A stretch of DNA of 64,000 nucleotides, from contig DBTK01000106.1 in NCBI GenBank assembly GCA_002307015.1, positions 1,647 to 65,646 on the forward strand, read 5' to 3'. The position numbers and the translations under genes were made by a program. Every line of letters starts with the position of its first letter. Position 1 is the stretch's first letter. The stretch comes from Spirochaetaceae bacterium UBA1318. Its GTDB lineage: Bacteria > Spirochaetota > Spirochaetia > Treponematales > UBA1318. The notes below the pieces were generated by a model. The model worked only from the letters and a program-made list of their open reading frames with translations, was not told the DNA's origin and did not search any database. This document shows, piece after piece, positions 28,784-38,363 of the stretch.

Positions 28784-29619
28784 GACAGCCGTCCCGAGGT
28801 GACACGGTTCCGGCCCGCCAGGTCTCGGGCGATGGTAACCTCGCGGAAACCCCGATCCTCCATGCAGGCGGCGACGCGGTCGGCCTGGTCGTGGCCGGCC
28901 TCGATGATGAGGCGGCCGCCCTCGTTGAGCCGTTTCGTAGACTCCGCGATCAGGCGCCTGATGAGGTCGAGCCCGTCCGACCCTCCGTCGAGGGCGAGGT
29001 GGGGCTCGGCCCAGCCGGAGGACATCATCCTTGTGACCTGTGCGCTCTCCACGTAGGGGGGATTGGCGGTGATGACGTCGATGCCGTCGGGCACGGATTC
29101 GAGCAGGTCGCTTTCCATGCACGGGAGGTTCTTGCCGAGGATCGAGCGGCAGTTCTCGACGAAAACGGCGAGGGCGTCGAAGGAGATGTCGGAGGCGGAA
29201 ACGGCGAGGTCGGGCCGTTCGTGCTTGATCGAGACGGCAATGCAGCCGGTGCCCGTGCACACGTCGTGGACGGTCTTCAGGTTCCTGTCGGACTCGAGCA
29301 CCTCGAGGGCCTTCTCGACCAGGATCTCGGTGTCGGGGCGGGGAATGAGGACCCGCTCGTCGACGTTGAAGTCGAGACCCCAGAATTCCTTGCGGCCGGT
29401 CAGGTAGGCGACGGGCACGCCCCCGAGCCTGCGGTCGATCAGGGAATAGTAGCTTTCCTCGACGAAGTGGGAAAGCGGTCCCGGCATGCAGGTGAACAGC
29501 TTTTCCCGGGTGATGCCGATGCTCTCGGCGAGCAGGATGGATGCGTCCAGCAGCGGAGTTTCTATGCGGGCCGCCTGGAGCGACGCGACGCCCCGGCGCA
29601 GGGTTTCCTGGATCGTCAT
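28765..29619 (-). CDS. prmC: Release factor glutamine methyltransferase
   Basis: [23 protein letters not shown]; follows prfA. Confidence 0.95.
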   Translation of the reverse strand: MTIQETLRRGVASLQAARIETPLLDASILLAESIGITREKLFTCMPGPLSHFVEESYYSLIDRRLGGVPVAYLTGRKEFWGLDFNVDERVLIPRPDTEILVEKALEVLESDRNLKTVHDVCTGTGCIAVSIKHERPDLAVSASDISFDALAVFVENCRSILGKNLPCMESDLLESVPDGIDVITANPPYVESAQVTRMMSSGWAEPHLALDGGSDGLDLIRRLIAESTKRLNEGGRLIIEAGHDQADRVAACMEDRGFREVTIARDLAGRNRVTSGRLSWKNGR

Positions 29620-30689
29620 ACGGCTTCCGTTTTGAACATCTCCTCGCGAGCGCTGAGCTTGAGGGCATCGATGATTTCATCGATGTCGCCCTGCATGACG
29701 AGGTCGAGTTTATAGAGGGTGACGTTCACCCGGTGATCGGTGAGGCGGTTCTGCGGGAAGTTGTAGGTCCGGATACGCTCGGACCGGTCGCCCGAGCCGA
29801 CCTGGCTCTTCCGTTCCGCGGCGCGCTCGGCGAGGGCCTTGTTCTCCTCCATCTCGAAGAGCCGGGCACGGAGAACGCGCATCGCCTTGGCCTTGTTCTT
29901 GATCTGGGACTTCTCGTCCTGGCAGACGACGACGAGGCCGGAGGGGATGTGGGTGATGCGTATGGCGGAATCGGTCGTGTTGACGCACTGGCCGCCAGGC
30001 CCCGAGGCGCGGCAGGTGTCGATGCGGAGGTCCTCGTTCCGGATGTCGATCTCGGTCTCCTCCATCTCGGGGAGGACGGCCACGGTGACCGTCGAGGTAT
30101 GGATCCGTCCCTGGGCCTCGGTCTCCGGGACCCGCTGGACCCGGTGGACCCCGCTCTCGTAGCGGAGGCTTTCGTAGACGCTTTTTCCGGTCACGGAAAA
30201 GGTCACCTCGCGAAGCCCGCCGAGCTCGGTCTCGTTCATGTCCATGAGCTCGGTTTTCCAGCCCATCTTTTCGGCATAGCGGCCGTACATCCGGTAGAGG
30301 TCATAGGCGAACAGCGCCGCCTCCTCGCCTCCGGTGCCGGCGCGGATTTCCATAATGATGTTCTTGTCGTCCAGGGGATCGCGGGGCAGGAGGAGAAGCT
30401 TGAGCTCCTCCTCGAGGGAGATTCGGCGAGCCTCGAGGGTCTTGAGTTCCTCGCGGGCCATGTCGCGCATCTCGAGGTCGGAATCGTCGCGGGAGAGGAC
30501 GGTAGACTCCTGGATATCACGCTCGACGGTCTTGAGGTTGTGGAAGCGGTCCATGACCAGGGCCAGTCGGGAATGCTCCCTCATGGTGTCGCGGTAACGC
30601 GCGGCATCCTTGGCGAGATCCGGGATCGCGACCACGGCTTCAAGCTCGTGGAAACGAACCTCCAGCGAGCGGAGCTTTTCTTCGAGCAC
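29616..30689 (-). CDS. prfA: Peptide chain release factor 1
   Basis: [21 protein letters not shown] (PxT), [12 protein letters not shown]. Confidence 0.97.
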   Translation of the reverse strand: MLEEKLRSLEVRFHELEAVVAIPDLAKDAARYRDTMREHSRLALVMDRFHNLKTVERDIQESTVLSRDDSDLEMRDMAREELKTLEARRISLEEELKLLLLPRDPLDDKNIIMEIRAGTGGEEAALFAYDLYRMYGRYAEKMGWKTELMDMNETELGGLREVTFSVTGKSVYESLRYESGVHRVQRVPETEAQGRIHTSTVTVAVLPEMEETEIDIRNEDLRIDTCRASGPGGQCVNTTDSAIRITHIPSGLVVVCQDEKSQIKNKAKAMRVLRARLFEMEENKALAERAAERKSQVGSGDRSERIRTYNFPQNRLTDHRVNVTLYKLDLVMQGDIDEIIDALKLSAREEMFKTEAV

Positions 30690-30862
30690 TACGCGTTCTC
30701 CTTGAATAAGGGACAGGAATAGATGACGACCTCGATGGCGGCTCCATCGTCAGTGCTGATGTCGACAACCGAATTGGAAAGGTTGTCCTTGATCCGGCAG
30801 TTGGAGGCGTTGACGCAAAGCGGACAGGCTCCGTTCCCTCTCGGGTTAATATCCACTTTCAT
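30689..30862 (-). CDS. Small 57-aa four-cysteine protein (not in ORF track)
   Basis: [57 protein letters not shown]; TAG overlaps the prfA GTG; promoter TTGAAG-N17-TATCTT directly upstream. Confidence 0.75.
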   Translation of the reverse strand: MKVDINPRGNGACPLCVNASNCRIKDNLSNSVVDISTDDGAAIEVVIYSCPLFKENA

Positions 30863-30934
30863 ATGATAAAGATATCAAAATAATCGAAGAGCTTCAATAG
30901 AGACCGGATGGTTCGCTTCCGCTATACTGGGGAC

Positions 30935-31522
30935 ATGAGTGGAACCGTCGAAGCGAAGAGATCGATGCGGCGCGCCATCAAGGCAGTCCTGGCCGCCATT
31001 TCCCCGGAAACCAGGGAAGAATGGAGCGAACGCGCCTTCCTGGCCCTTTCCGTCCTCCCCGAATACCGAAAGGCCGACATCGTCCTCGCCTTCCTCTCCA
31101 TGGATGAAGAGATTGACACCGGATTCCTGATCGAATCGGTCCTTGCGCAGGGCAGGTCGGTCTACGCGCCCCGCATCGAGGGCGCCGATATCGGCTTCCA
31201 TCGCATCGAATCGATGGACGGGGCCAGGGAAAAGGGGGCGTTCGGCATCAGGGAACCGGGCGCGGCCTCGCCCCGATTCGACCCGGATTCGGAAACGGGA
31301 AACATCCTCGTCCTCGTGCCGGGGCTCGCCTTCGATCGTACGGGTTTCCGCCTCGGCCGCGGCAAGGGTTATTACGACCGGTTCCTGGCTTCGATCGGAG
31401 GCCTCGGGGCCTTCAGGGCCGGCTTCGGCTTCTCCGCCCAGATCGTGGATTCGGTGCCCCATGACGAGCGGGACGTGAGGCTCGACGCCGTCGTCACCGA
31501 GGAGGGGGTTTTCAGGGCCTGA
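30935..31522 (+). CDS. 5-formyltetrahydrofolate cyclo-ligase
   Basis: FLSMDEEIDT, FGIREP, LVPGLAFD, RLGRGKGYYDRFL, HD.RLD. Confidence 0.92.
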   Translation: MSGTVEAKRSMRRAIKAVLAAISPETREEWSERAFLALSVLPEYRKADIVLAFLSMDEEIDTGFLIESVLAQGRSVYAPRIEGADIGFHRIESMDGAREKGAFGIREPGAASPRFDPDSETGNILVLVPGLAFDRTGFRLGRGKGYYDRFLASIGGLGAFRAGFGFSAQIVDSVPHDERDVRLDAVVTEEGVFRA

Positions 31523-31537
31523 GCGTGACCTTTCCGC

Positions 31538-31566
31538 TTGCACTGGAATCGGCATTTGAGTATCTT
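31538..31566 (+). promoter_or_regulatory. sigma70-type promoter for the DUF6657-ndk-pepF operon
   Basis: TTGCAC-N17-TATCTT. Confidence 0.5.
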
Positions 31567-31599
31567 TTATCGAGTAGCAGCTTAATCAAGAGGAACGAT

Positions 31600-32220
31600 A
31601 TGGCAAGAATAAAAAGCGCACTCGAGTTGGCGATGGAAAAAACGGAGAACGTCAAGGTCGACAAGGAAGCACTCAAGGCCCAGACCCTGAAACAGGAGGC
31701 GAAGAAGATAGCCTCGCTCTATCTTAACGATCCGGAGGCCGTCGACCTCGAACAGAAGCTCAAGGACTTCCCGAAGGATCAACAGGGACCCGCCCACGAG
31801 GCGGTCAACGAGGTCTTCCTCGCGAACATCGCCCTTCCCGCGAGCGAAGCCGCACTCGGACGCCTCGCCGCCCTGACGAAGGGAGTCGGCATCGTCTGCA
31901 AGGACCGTCGCGTGCCCGCCCTGATGGAGCAGCTCGCCGGGCTCTACAAACAGTACCTGGAGGACCTCAAGAACCTCGAGGCGGCCTGCAGGAAGCAGTA
32001 CGGCCCGAAGCTCAAGCAGAAGGAAGAGGCTCTCTCGAAGCGGATGGGCCAGCAGGTCCACATGGATCCCATGCAGGATCCCGAATTCGTCTCGTTCTTC
32101 CAGAACAACCTGAACCGCCTCAGGGACCAGTACGAGACCGCCCTCGCCCAGGCACGGGAACAGCTCCAGTCCTTCTTTTCGGGCTCTTCCCCACTCGGCG
32201 GACTCAAGATTTTCAAGTGA
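31600..32220 (+). CDS. Conserved helical hypothetical protein (DUF6657-like)
   Basis: MARIKSALELAMEKT start, DPMQDPEF near C-terminus; GAGG RBS; host-like codon bias. Confidence 0.6.
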   Translation: MARIKSALELAMEKTENVKVDKEALKAQTLKQEAKKIASLYLNDPEAVDLEQKLKDFPKDQQGPAHEAVNEVFLANIALPASEAALGRLAALTKGVGIVCKDRRVPALMEQLAGLYKQYLEDLKNLEAACRKQYGPKLKQKEEALSKRMGQQVHMDPMQDPEFVSFFQNNLNRLRDQYETALAQAREQLQSFFSGSSPLGGLKIFK

Positions 32221-32276
32221 ACGACCTCGCAGCAAGCTGCGAGAATGAGACCCGCCTACACCATAAGGAGTACTAC

Positions 32277-32726
32277 ATGGCCATTGAACGCACCTTCAGC
32301 ATGCTCAAGCCAGGAGTCCTGCAGCGCAGGATCGTGGGCGATGTCCTCGCCCGTATCGAGAGGAAGGGCCTCAAGATCGTCGCCCTGAAGCTCATGAAGA
32401 TCGGTCCCGAGCTCGCCGCGACCCATTACGCCGAGCACAAGGAAAAGCCCTTTTTCGGCGAACTCACCGGATTCATCACCTCGGGCCCCGTCGTCGCGAT
32501 GGTCATCGAGGGAGACGACGCGATCGCCAGGATCCGCGGCCTCTGCGGGGCGACGAAGGTCGAGAACGCCCTCCCCGGCACCATCCGCGGGGACTTCGCC
32601 CTCCATACCGGCACGAACATCATCCACGCCTCCGATTCCCCCGAAAGCGCCGCCCGCGAGATCGGGCTTTTCTTCAAACCCGCCGAAATCATCGACTGGA
32701 AGGACGAGATCGGTGCCTGGCTCTGA
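32277..32726 (+). CDS. ndk: Nucleoside-diphosphate kinase
   Basis: ERTFSMLKP, HYAEH, PGTIRGDF, NIIHASDS; TAAGGAG RBS. Confidence 0.97.
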   Translation: MAIERTFSMLKPGVLQRRIVGDVLARIERKGLKIVALKLMKIGPELAATHYAEHKEKPFFGELTGFITSGPVVAMVIEGDDAIARIRGLCGATKVENALPGTIRGDFALHTGTNIIHASDSPESAAREIGLFFKPAEIIDWKDEIGAWL

Positions 32727-34536
32727 ACGTCGGCCGCCGAGGTGGGACCTCTCCCCGATCTACCCGGGCTTCGACTCGGATTCCTGGCAAAACGACAAGG
32801 CCAGGATGGCGGTTCTCGCCTCCGAGCTTCTCGGGCACCTTGAAGGGATTCCCGACAGGAAACCCGGACCGGAGGGAGACTCCGCGTTCGAGTTCTGGCT
32901 CGTCCGGGCGGTAGCCCTGCTCGGCGACCTCGAGGCCCTCGATGAGAACCTCTCGAGCTACGCCTATTCGACCTACTCGACGGACACGAGAAACGAACGG
33001 GCCCTCAAGGAGCTCAACGCCTGCGAGGAGCTTGGCCTCCCGGCCAGGCGCGCCTCGGTGGCCTTCAGGAACGCGATCGCCTCCCGCGCCGACGAGGTCG
33101 TGCGGCTTGCCTCTACTTCCTCGAAGCTTGTTGGTTTCGGATTTTTCCTCACCGAGGAACTCTTCTGGCAGAGCAAGCAGATGGGCCCCGAACTCGAGGA
33201 CCTGGCAGCCGACCTCGGCCGATCGGGCGGCGATGCCTGGATGAGGCTCCAGGAGGCCGTGTCCTCCACGACCTCGGCCGTCTGGGACGCCGCCACCGGC
33301 GAGAGAAGAACCGTCATCCAGCTCAGGAACCTCGCCTACGATCCCGACCGCTCGGTCCGCCGGAAGGCCTTCGACCTCGAGCTCGAGGCCTGGAAATCGG
33401 TCGAGGTTCCGCTCGCGGCGGCCCTGAACGGGGTGAAGGGCTTCATGATCACCCTCAACAAGAGGCGGGGATGGGAGACGGCCCTCGACAAGTCCCTCGC
33501 CCAGTCGCGCATCACGAGGAAGACCCTCGACGCCCTGATCGGGGCTATGACCGAGAGCCTCCCGGTTTTCCGTTCCTACCTGAACGCCAAGGCGAAGCTC
33601 CTCGGAATCCCGAAGTGCGCGTTCTACGACCTCTTCGCCCCCGTCGGCGAAAAGGGTCCCGCGTTCTCCTTCGAGGAGGCGAGCCGGATCGTCGTCGAAA
33701 ACTACGCTGGATTCTCCCCGGATATGGGAGCCTTCGCGAAGAAGGCGATCGCCGCCTCCTGGGTGGACGCCGAGCCCCGGGAGGGAAAGGTCGGCGGAGC
33801 CTACTGCATCGACTTCCCCCTCGCGGGGGAGAGCCGCGTGCTCCTCAACTACGAGGGTTCCTTCGCCTCGATCAAGACCCTGGCCCACGAACTCGGCCAT
33901 GCCTGGCACCACGAGGCGGTCAAGGACCTGCCGAAGCTCCTGACGAACTACCCGATGACCCTCGCCGAAACCGCGAGCATCTTCGGCGAGACGATCGTGT
34001 TCGAGGGCCTGCTTCCGGGACTTCCCGAATCCGCCCGTCTCGGGGCCCTCGAGTCCCACCTCAAGGATCCGACCCAGGTCATCGTCGACATCCTCTCAAG
34101 GTTCATCTTCGAGCGGGAGGTCTGCGAGAGACGCGAAAGGGGGGAGCTCTCTCCCGCCGAGCTCTGCGAGCTCATGGTCAAGGCCCAGAGGGAAACCTAC
34201 GGGGACGGGCTCGACGAAAACTGCCCCCATCCCTATATGTGGGCGGTCAAGAGCCACTACTACAGCCCGGACCTCGCCTACTACAACTTCCCCTACGCCT
34301 TCGGCCAGCTCTTCGCCCTCGGCCTCTACGCCCGATGGAAGGACGAGGGGCCGCGGTTCGCCGAGACCTACCGGACCATACTCAGGGAGACGGGCAGGAA
34401 GAGCGCCGTCGACGTGACGAAATCCGCGGGCTTCGACATCGAGACGAAGGTTTTCTGGAAATCAGGCCTCGACGTGATCGCGGGACAGATCGGCGACTTC
34501 AAGAGGCTGGCGGAAACGAGTCCGAGCCGACGGTAA
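32713..34536 (+). CDS. pepF: M3B oligoendopeptidase F
   Basis: GKVGGAYC, HELGHAWH zinc motif, LAETAS, YNFPYAFG. Confidence 0.9.
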   Translation: MPGSERRPPRWDLSPIYPGFDSDSWQNDKARMAVLASELLGHLEGIPDRKPGPEGDSAFEFWLVRAVALLGDLEALDENLSSYAYSTYSTDTRNERALKELNACEELGLPARRASVAFRNAIASRADEVVRLASTSSKLVGFGFFLTEELFWQSKQMGPELEDLAADLGRSGGDAWMRLQEAVSSTTSAVWDAATGERRTVIQLRNLAYDPDRSVRRKAFDLELEAWKSVEVPLAAALNGVKGFMITLNKRRGWETALDKSLAQSRITRKTLDALIGAMTESLPVFRSYLNAKAKLLGIPKCAFYDLFAPVGEKGPAFSFEEASRIVVENYAGFSPDMGAFAKKAIAASWVDAEPREGKVGGAYCIDFPLAGESRVLLNYEGSFASIKTLAHELGHAWHHEAVKDLPKLLTNYPMTLAETASIFGETIVFEGLLPGLPESARLGALESHLKDPTQVIVDILSRFIFEREVCERRERGELSPAELCELMVKAQRETYGDGLDENCPHPYMWAVKSHYYSPDLAYYNFPYAFGQLFALGLYARWKDEGPRFAETYRTILRETGRKSAVDVTKSAGFDIETKVFWKSGLDVIAGQIGDFKRLAETSPSRR

Positions 34537-34573
34537 ACAGCGACCGAACGAGATTCCTGGCCTTCCCGAAACG

Positions 34574-34600
34574 AAGCCCCCGTCCCGCGGCGGGGGCTTT
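34574..34600. terminator. Intrinsic terminator between converging genes
   Basis: AAGCCCCCG...CGGGGGCTT stem followed by T. Confidence 0.6.
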
Positions 34601-34669
34601 CGCGCAACCGGCCGGGCCGAAAAGCCCCGGCGCCGATCCCGGACAGGCCGCCCGGAATCCGCTCATCCG

Positions 34670-35554
34670 TTAGCGGAATATCGTCCCGAGAAAATGCTCG
34701 AGAAACCGCGGGACATCCACCGTTTCCGCGACGAGGGCGTTCTCGTTCCCGCCCTGGTTCACGAAGGGATTTCCCGCATCGACGGTCACCCCGCGCGTGA
34801 ACTCCCCCCTCGTTTCGATCTCGACCCTGGTCTTCCTCGTGGTGACGAAGCTCCGGTCGATCAGGTAGCCCACCGCGAGCGGGTCGTGCAGGATGGGAAG
34901 CATCTTCGATGAGCTCATCCACATCGCGATCAGCTTGTGAAGCCGGACCAGCTCGGGCTTGTCCGATCGGCTCATGACCGCGATATCCTTCTCGGACATG
35001 CGGCACTTCAGGGTCACGTCCAGGCCGATCATGTCGATCGGAATCCCGGACTCGAAGACGATGCGGGCGGCCTCGGGATCGCAGACGATGTTCCATTCCG
35101 GGAAGGCCCGTCCGATCATCCCGCCCATCATCACGAGGCGGCACTTTCCCGCGATGGAGGGATCCCGCTTCAGGGCGAGGGCGGCGTTGGTCATCGCCCC
35201 GATCGTGAGGATGGTGCACCCGGGATTCTCGTTGACCGCCTTGACGATGAAATCGACCGCGTGGGTATCGGCGTATCGGGCCGATTCGTCGTCTTGGTCG
35301 CACTGGCAGGGAACCTCCTCGAGATTCACCCGGTTGAGGAGGGGCTTTCCGGCACCCGCCATCACGGGGATGTCGCGCCGGCCGAGGGACTCGAGCAGCC
35401 TCGTCGCGAGCTTCGCCCTCATGGCCACGTTCTTGTACACGGTGGTCACGCCGAGGATGTCGAACCGTCCGCTCTTCACCGCGTAGGACAGGGCGAGGGC
35501 GTCGTCGATATCGTCGCCGATGTCCGTATCGAAAATAAGCTTTTCCATGATCAC
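34670..35554 (-). CDS. Inosine/uridine-preferring nucleoside hydrolase
   Basis: DTDIGDDIDDALA, IGAMTN, EWNIVCDPEAA, LHDPLA. Confidence 0.9.
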   Translation of the reverse strand: MIMEKLIFDTDIGDDIDDALALSYAVKSGRFDILGVTTVYKNVAMRAKLATRLLESLGRRDIPVMAGAGKPLLNRVNLEEVPCQCDQDDESARYADTHAVDFIVKAVNENPGCTILTIGAMTNAALALKRDPSIAGKCRLVMMGGMIGRAFPEWNIVCDPEAARIVFESGIPIDMIGLDVTLKCRMSEKDIAVMSRSDKPELVRLHKLIAMWMSSSKMLPILHDPLAVGYLIDRSFVTTRKTRVEIETRGEFTRGVTVDAGNPFVNQGGNENALVAETVDVPRFLEHFLGTIFR

Positions 35555-36582
35555 TCCTTGTTGCGTCTGTCGCGTACCGATTCGCGGAGCACAAGCTCAC
35601 CGCTTATCCTGATCTTCTCAACCGGAAAGCCGGTGCCGTTCTTGATGCGTTCATGGAGAAGCATCACGGCCCGCCGTCCGATAAGCTGCTTGGAGACGTT
35701 GATCGAGGTCAAAGGTGGGGCAGACATCTCTCCGGCGCTCAGATTATCGAAACCGATGATTGAAACATCTTCGGGGACACGGACGCCCTTTTCGTTCATC
35801 GCACGCAGGCATCCCAGGGCTATGGTATCGTTGACGCAGAAAAAGGCGGTTGGCAGATCGGCCCCGAGCCTGTCGAGCGCTTCATGCATGTCGGTGCACG
35901 CGGTCTGGAAACGGGATCCGACGGAAACCACATACCGGGGAATGAGGGAAAGTCCGAGATCGGCGAGGCATTCGATAAAGGCCTTCTCACGAGCCACAAA
36001 ATTGGGAGTTCTGACCCGTCCCTGTATAAAACCAATGGTTTTATGGCCCATCTCGACCAGATGGCGAATGGCCAGATAGACAGAATCGGTGTTGTTCATA
36101 TCAACGAAATCGAATCGATAATACTCGAAGCAGGCGTCGAGAAAGACTACCGGACAGCCGGTCGCCTCGAAGGCCCCGATGTCCGAGGCGTCGAGTTCCG
36201 TCGCGAGGACGATGGCGCCGGCCGCGCGGGAGGACCGGATGCGCTGGACGACCTCACCCATGTCGGTCCCGCTGAAGGACACGATCTCGACGCTGAAGCC
36301 GGCTATCGTGCTGGCCGAGAGGATCCCGTCCATATAGTCGGCGATGAAGGGCTGATGGTCGCCGTTCAGGATCTCGCCGTGCTTGATGACCTTGATGAAC
36401 TGGATCGTCCTCGATCCGCCTTTTGTACGATTTTTCTGGGGCTTGTAGCCGAGATCGGCAGCGATGCGGACGATCTTTTCGGAGATCTCCCTACTGACGC
36501 CCGGCTGATTGTTCAGGGCCAGGGATACGGCGGAAACGGAAACGTTTGCGGTCCGCGCGATATCCGCAAGCTTGGTCTTCAT
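35551..36582 (-). CDS. LacI family transcriptional regulator
   Basis: LADIARTANVSVSAVSLALN HTH, hinge LGYKP, VPEDVSIIGFDN. Confidence 0.93.
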   Translation of the reverse strand: MKTKLADIARTANVSVSAVSLALNNQPGVSREISEKIVRIAADLGYKPQKNRTKGGSRTIQFIKVIKHGEILNGDHQPFIADYMDGILSASTIAGFSVEIVSFSGTDMGEVVQRIRSSRAAGAIVLATELDASDIGAFEATGCPVVFLDACFEYYRFDFVDMNNTDSVYLAIRHLVEMGHKTIGFIQGRVRTPNFVAREKAFIECLADLGLSLIPRYVVSVGSRFQTACTDMHEALDRLGADLPTAFFCVNDTIALGCLRAMNEKGVRVPEDVSIIGFDNLSAGEMSAPPLTSINVSKQLIGRRAVMLLHERIKNGTGFPVEKIRISGELVLRESVRDRRNKE

Positions 36583-36617
36583 GTGGGCAGTCTATCCCAT
36601 GTCATTATTTTAAGCAA
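36583..36617 (-). promoter_or_regulatory. Promoter for a probably leaderless lacI-family transcript
   Basis: TTGCTT-N17-TAGACT-N6-ATG(36582). Confidence 0.6.
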
Positions 36618-36763
36618 TAACGATAAATTCTATATATTTTTTTACTAAAATTAATTAGCCCATCTTTTGATTAATTCTGTTGTTTTGGCGGTTCATGGCC
36701 AGATCAATAACCAAACGTCCATCCCGACGGGCTGAAAATCGATGCTTTCCCGGGGAAATCCAT

Positions 36764-36792
36764 TTGACAATATAAAGGGCCTACGATAAAGT
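36764..36792 (+). promoter_or_regulatory. sigma70 promoter for ARH-ribokinase
   Basis: TTGACA-N17-TAAAGT. Confidence 0.65.
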
Positions 36793-36901
36793 ACTCAAAG
36801 AAACCGATGAATCATGAAATTGAACTATTTTTTTTACTATATTTCCAGTTAAGCGACGGCAGGAAATTTGATTGGAACCCTGTACAGCGGACGGAGTATG
36901 A

Positions 36902-38275
36902 ATGACATTCATGACGAAATGGCTCACGATAGCCGAATTGGTTGAAACTGAAATGGAACAGAGCCGCGACGAAGGAATCTCCACCTCGCAATTCCGAAGG
37001 GAAGCGGACGAAATCGGGAAATTCCAGGGCGACCCCCAGGTCAGGGAAGAAATGGCAGCAGCCCTGCTGGACAGGATCGCCAAGCTGCCCCGCGATCCCG
37101 GATACCGGTATGAGGAGCCTTCCGGCCTGAAGGAAATCCAGGACGCCCGTCCCCGCGAGGGACAATTGAATCTCACCGGAATTCCGGGAAACGGCGTTAC
37201 CTACGACAAAGCCTACGGAGCCTGGCTCGGGCGATGCGTCGGCTGCCTTCTCGGCCAGCCGGTCGAGGGATGGGAGAGGAGCAGGATACTGGGCCTCCTC
37301 AAGGCGACGGGCAACTACCCGGTCAGGGGTTTCATCTCCTCGGATGTCTCGGCCGACATCATCGAGAAGTTCAAGATCACCAACGCGGGCAAGGTCTACG
37401 GCGGCAACAAGGTCAACTGGATCAACAACGTGAGCTACATGCCCGAGGATGACGACACGAACTACACCGTCATCGCCCTGAAGCTCATGGAGGAACACGG
37501 CTTCGCCTTCACCCCGACCGATGCGGCCGAAAACTGGCTCATGAACCTGCCTATCCTCCACGTCTGCACGGCCGAGAGGGTCGCCTACCGGAACCTGTGC
37601 AATCTCCTGCCCCCTCCCCGGTCGGCGATCTACCGGAATCCCTACCGCGAGTGGATCGGCGCCCAGATCAGGGGGGACTTTTTCGGGTACGTCACGCCGG
37701 GAAACCCCTCCTTGGGTGCCGAGCTCGCCTGGAGGGACGCGTCCATTTCCCACGTAAAGAACGGGATCTACGGTGAGATGTTCATCGCGGCCATGCTTTC
37801 CTCGGCCGCCGTGACCTCGGACATCGGGACCATCATCGAGCGGGGACTCGGCCAGATCCCGGCGAAGTCGAGGCTGACCGAAAAGGTGGAAGAGGTGGTG
37901 GGCTGGAAGAAGAAAGGGCTTTCCTGGGAGGAGGCTCTTGAAAACGTCCACACCCGATACGATGAAAAGAATCCCCACCATTGGTGCCACACGATCTCCA
38001 ACGCCATGATCGTCTGCATCGGACTCCTCTGGGGAGACGGCGATCTTGAGAGGTCGATCGGCATCGCGCTCTCGGGGGCTTTCGATACCGATTGCAACGC
38101 GGCGACCGTCGGGTCCCTGGTCGGCATGATCAGGGGTGCGAAGGCTCTCCCGGACAAATGGGTCGCCCCATTGAACAACAAGCTGAAATCGGGAATCGAC
38201 GGCTTCGGCCTCGTCGAGCTGTCCGATCTCGCGAACAGGACGGTCGCCATTTCGAAGGCCGGGGGAAGCCGATAA
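36902..38275 (+). CDS. ADP-ribosylglycohydrolase family protein
   Basis: GAWLGRCVGCLLGQPVEG, EDDDTNY, DASISH, DTDCNAATVGS metal motifs. Confidence 0.9.
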   Translation: MTFMTKWLTIAELVETEMEQSRDEGISTSQFRREADEIGKFQGDPQVREEMAAALLDRIAKLPRDPGYRYEEPSGLKEIQDARPREGQLNLTGIPGNGVTYDKAYGAWLGRCVGCLLGQPVEGWERSRILGLLKATGNYPVRGFISSDVSADIIEKFKITNAGKVYGGNKVNWINNVSYMPEDDDTNYTVIALKLMEEHGFAFTPTDAAENWLMNLPILHVCTAERVAYRNLCNLLPPPRSAIYRNPYREWIGAQIRGDFFGYVTPGNPSLGAELAWRDASISHVKNGIYGEMFIAAMLSSAAVTSDIGTIIERGLGQIPAKSRLTEKVEEVVGWKKKGLSWEEALENVHTRYDEKNPHHWCHTISNAMIVCIGLLWGDGDLERSIGIALSGAFDTDCNAATVGSLVGMIRGAKALPDKWVAPLNNKLKSGIDGFGLVELSDLANRTVAISKAGGSR

Positions 38276-38363
38276 CGGACGGGATCGCTCACCCCTGAAA
38301 TGGGTCCGAGCCCGGGCGATCATACGGTAATTCAGCACGTGGGACGGAGGCCGCCACAATTCA

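Noticed and set aside
26685-29715. Long alternative-frame and antisense ORFs (e.g. 706 aa, 719 aa) and the 976-aa extension of rel; many similar ones across the window
   Set aside because: Shadow ORFs from high GC3 codon bias; Arg/Pro/Gly-rich with no motifs; overlap confident genes
30863-30934. 6S RNA, often found upstream of 5-FTHF cyclo-ligase
   Set aside because: Only about 70 nt available and occupied by two divergent promoters
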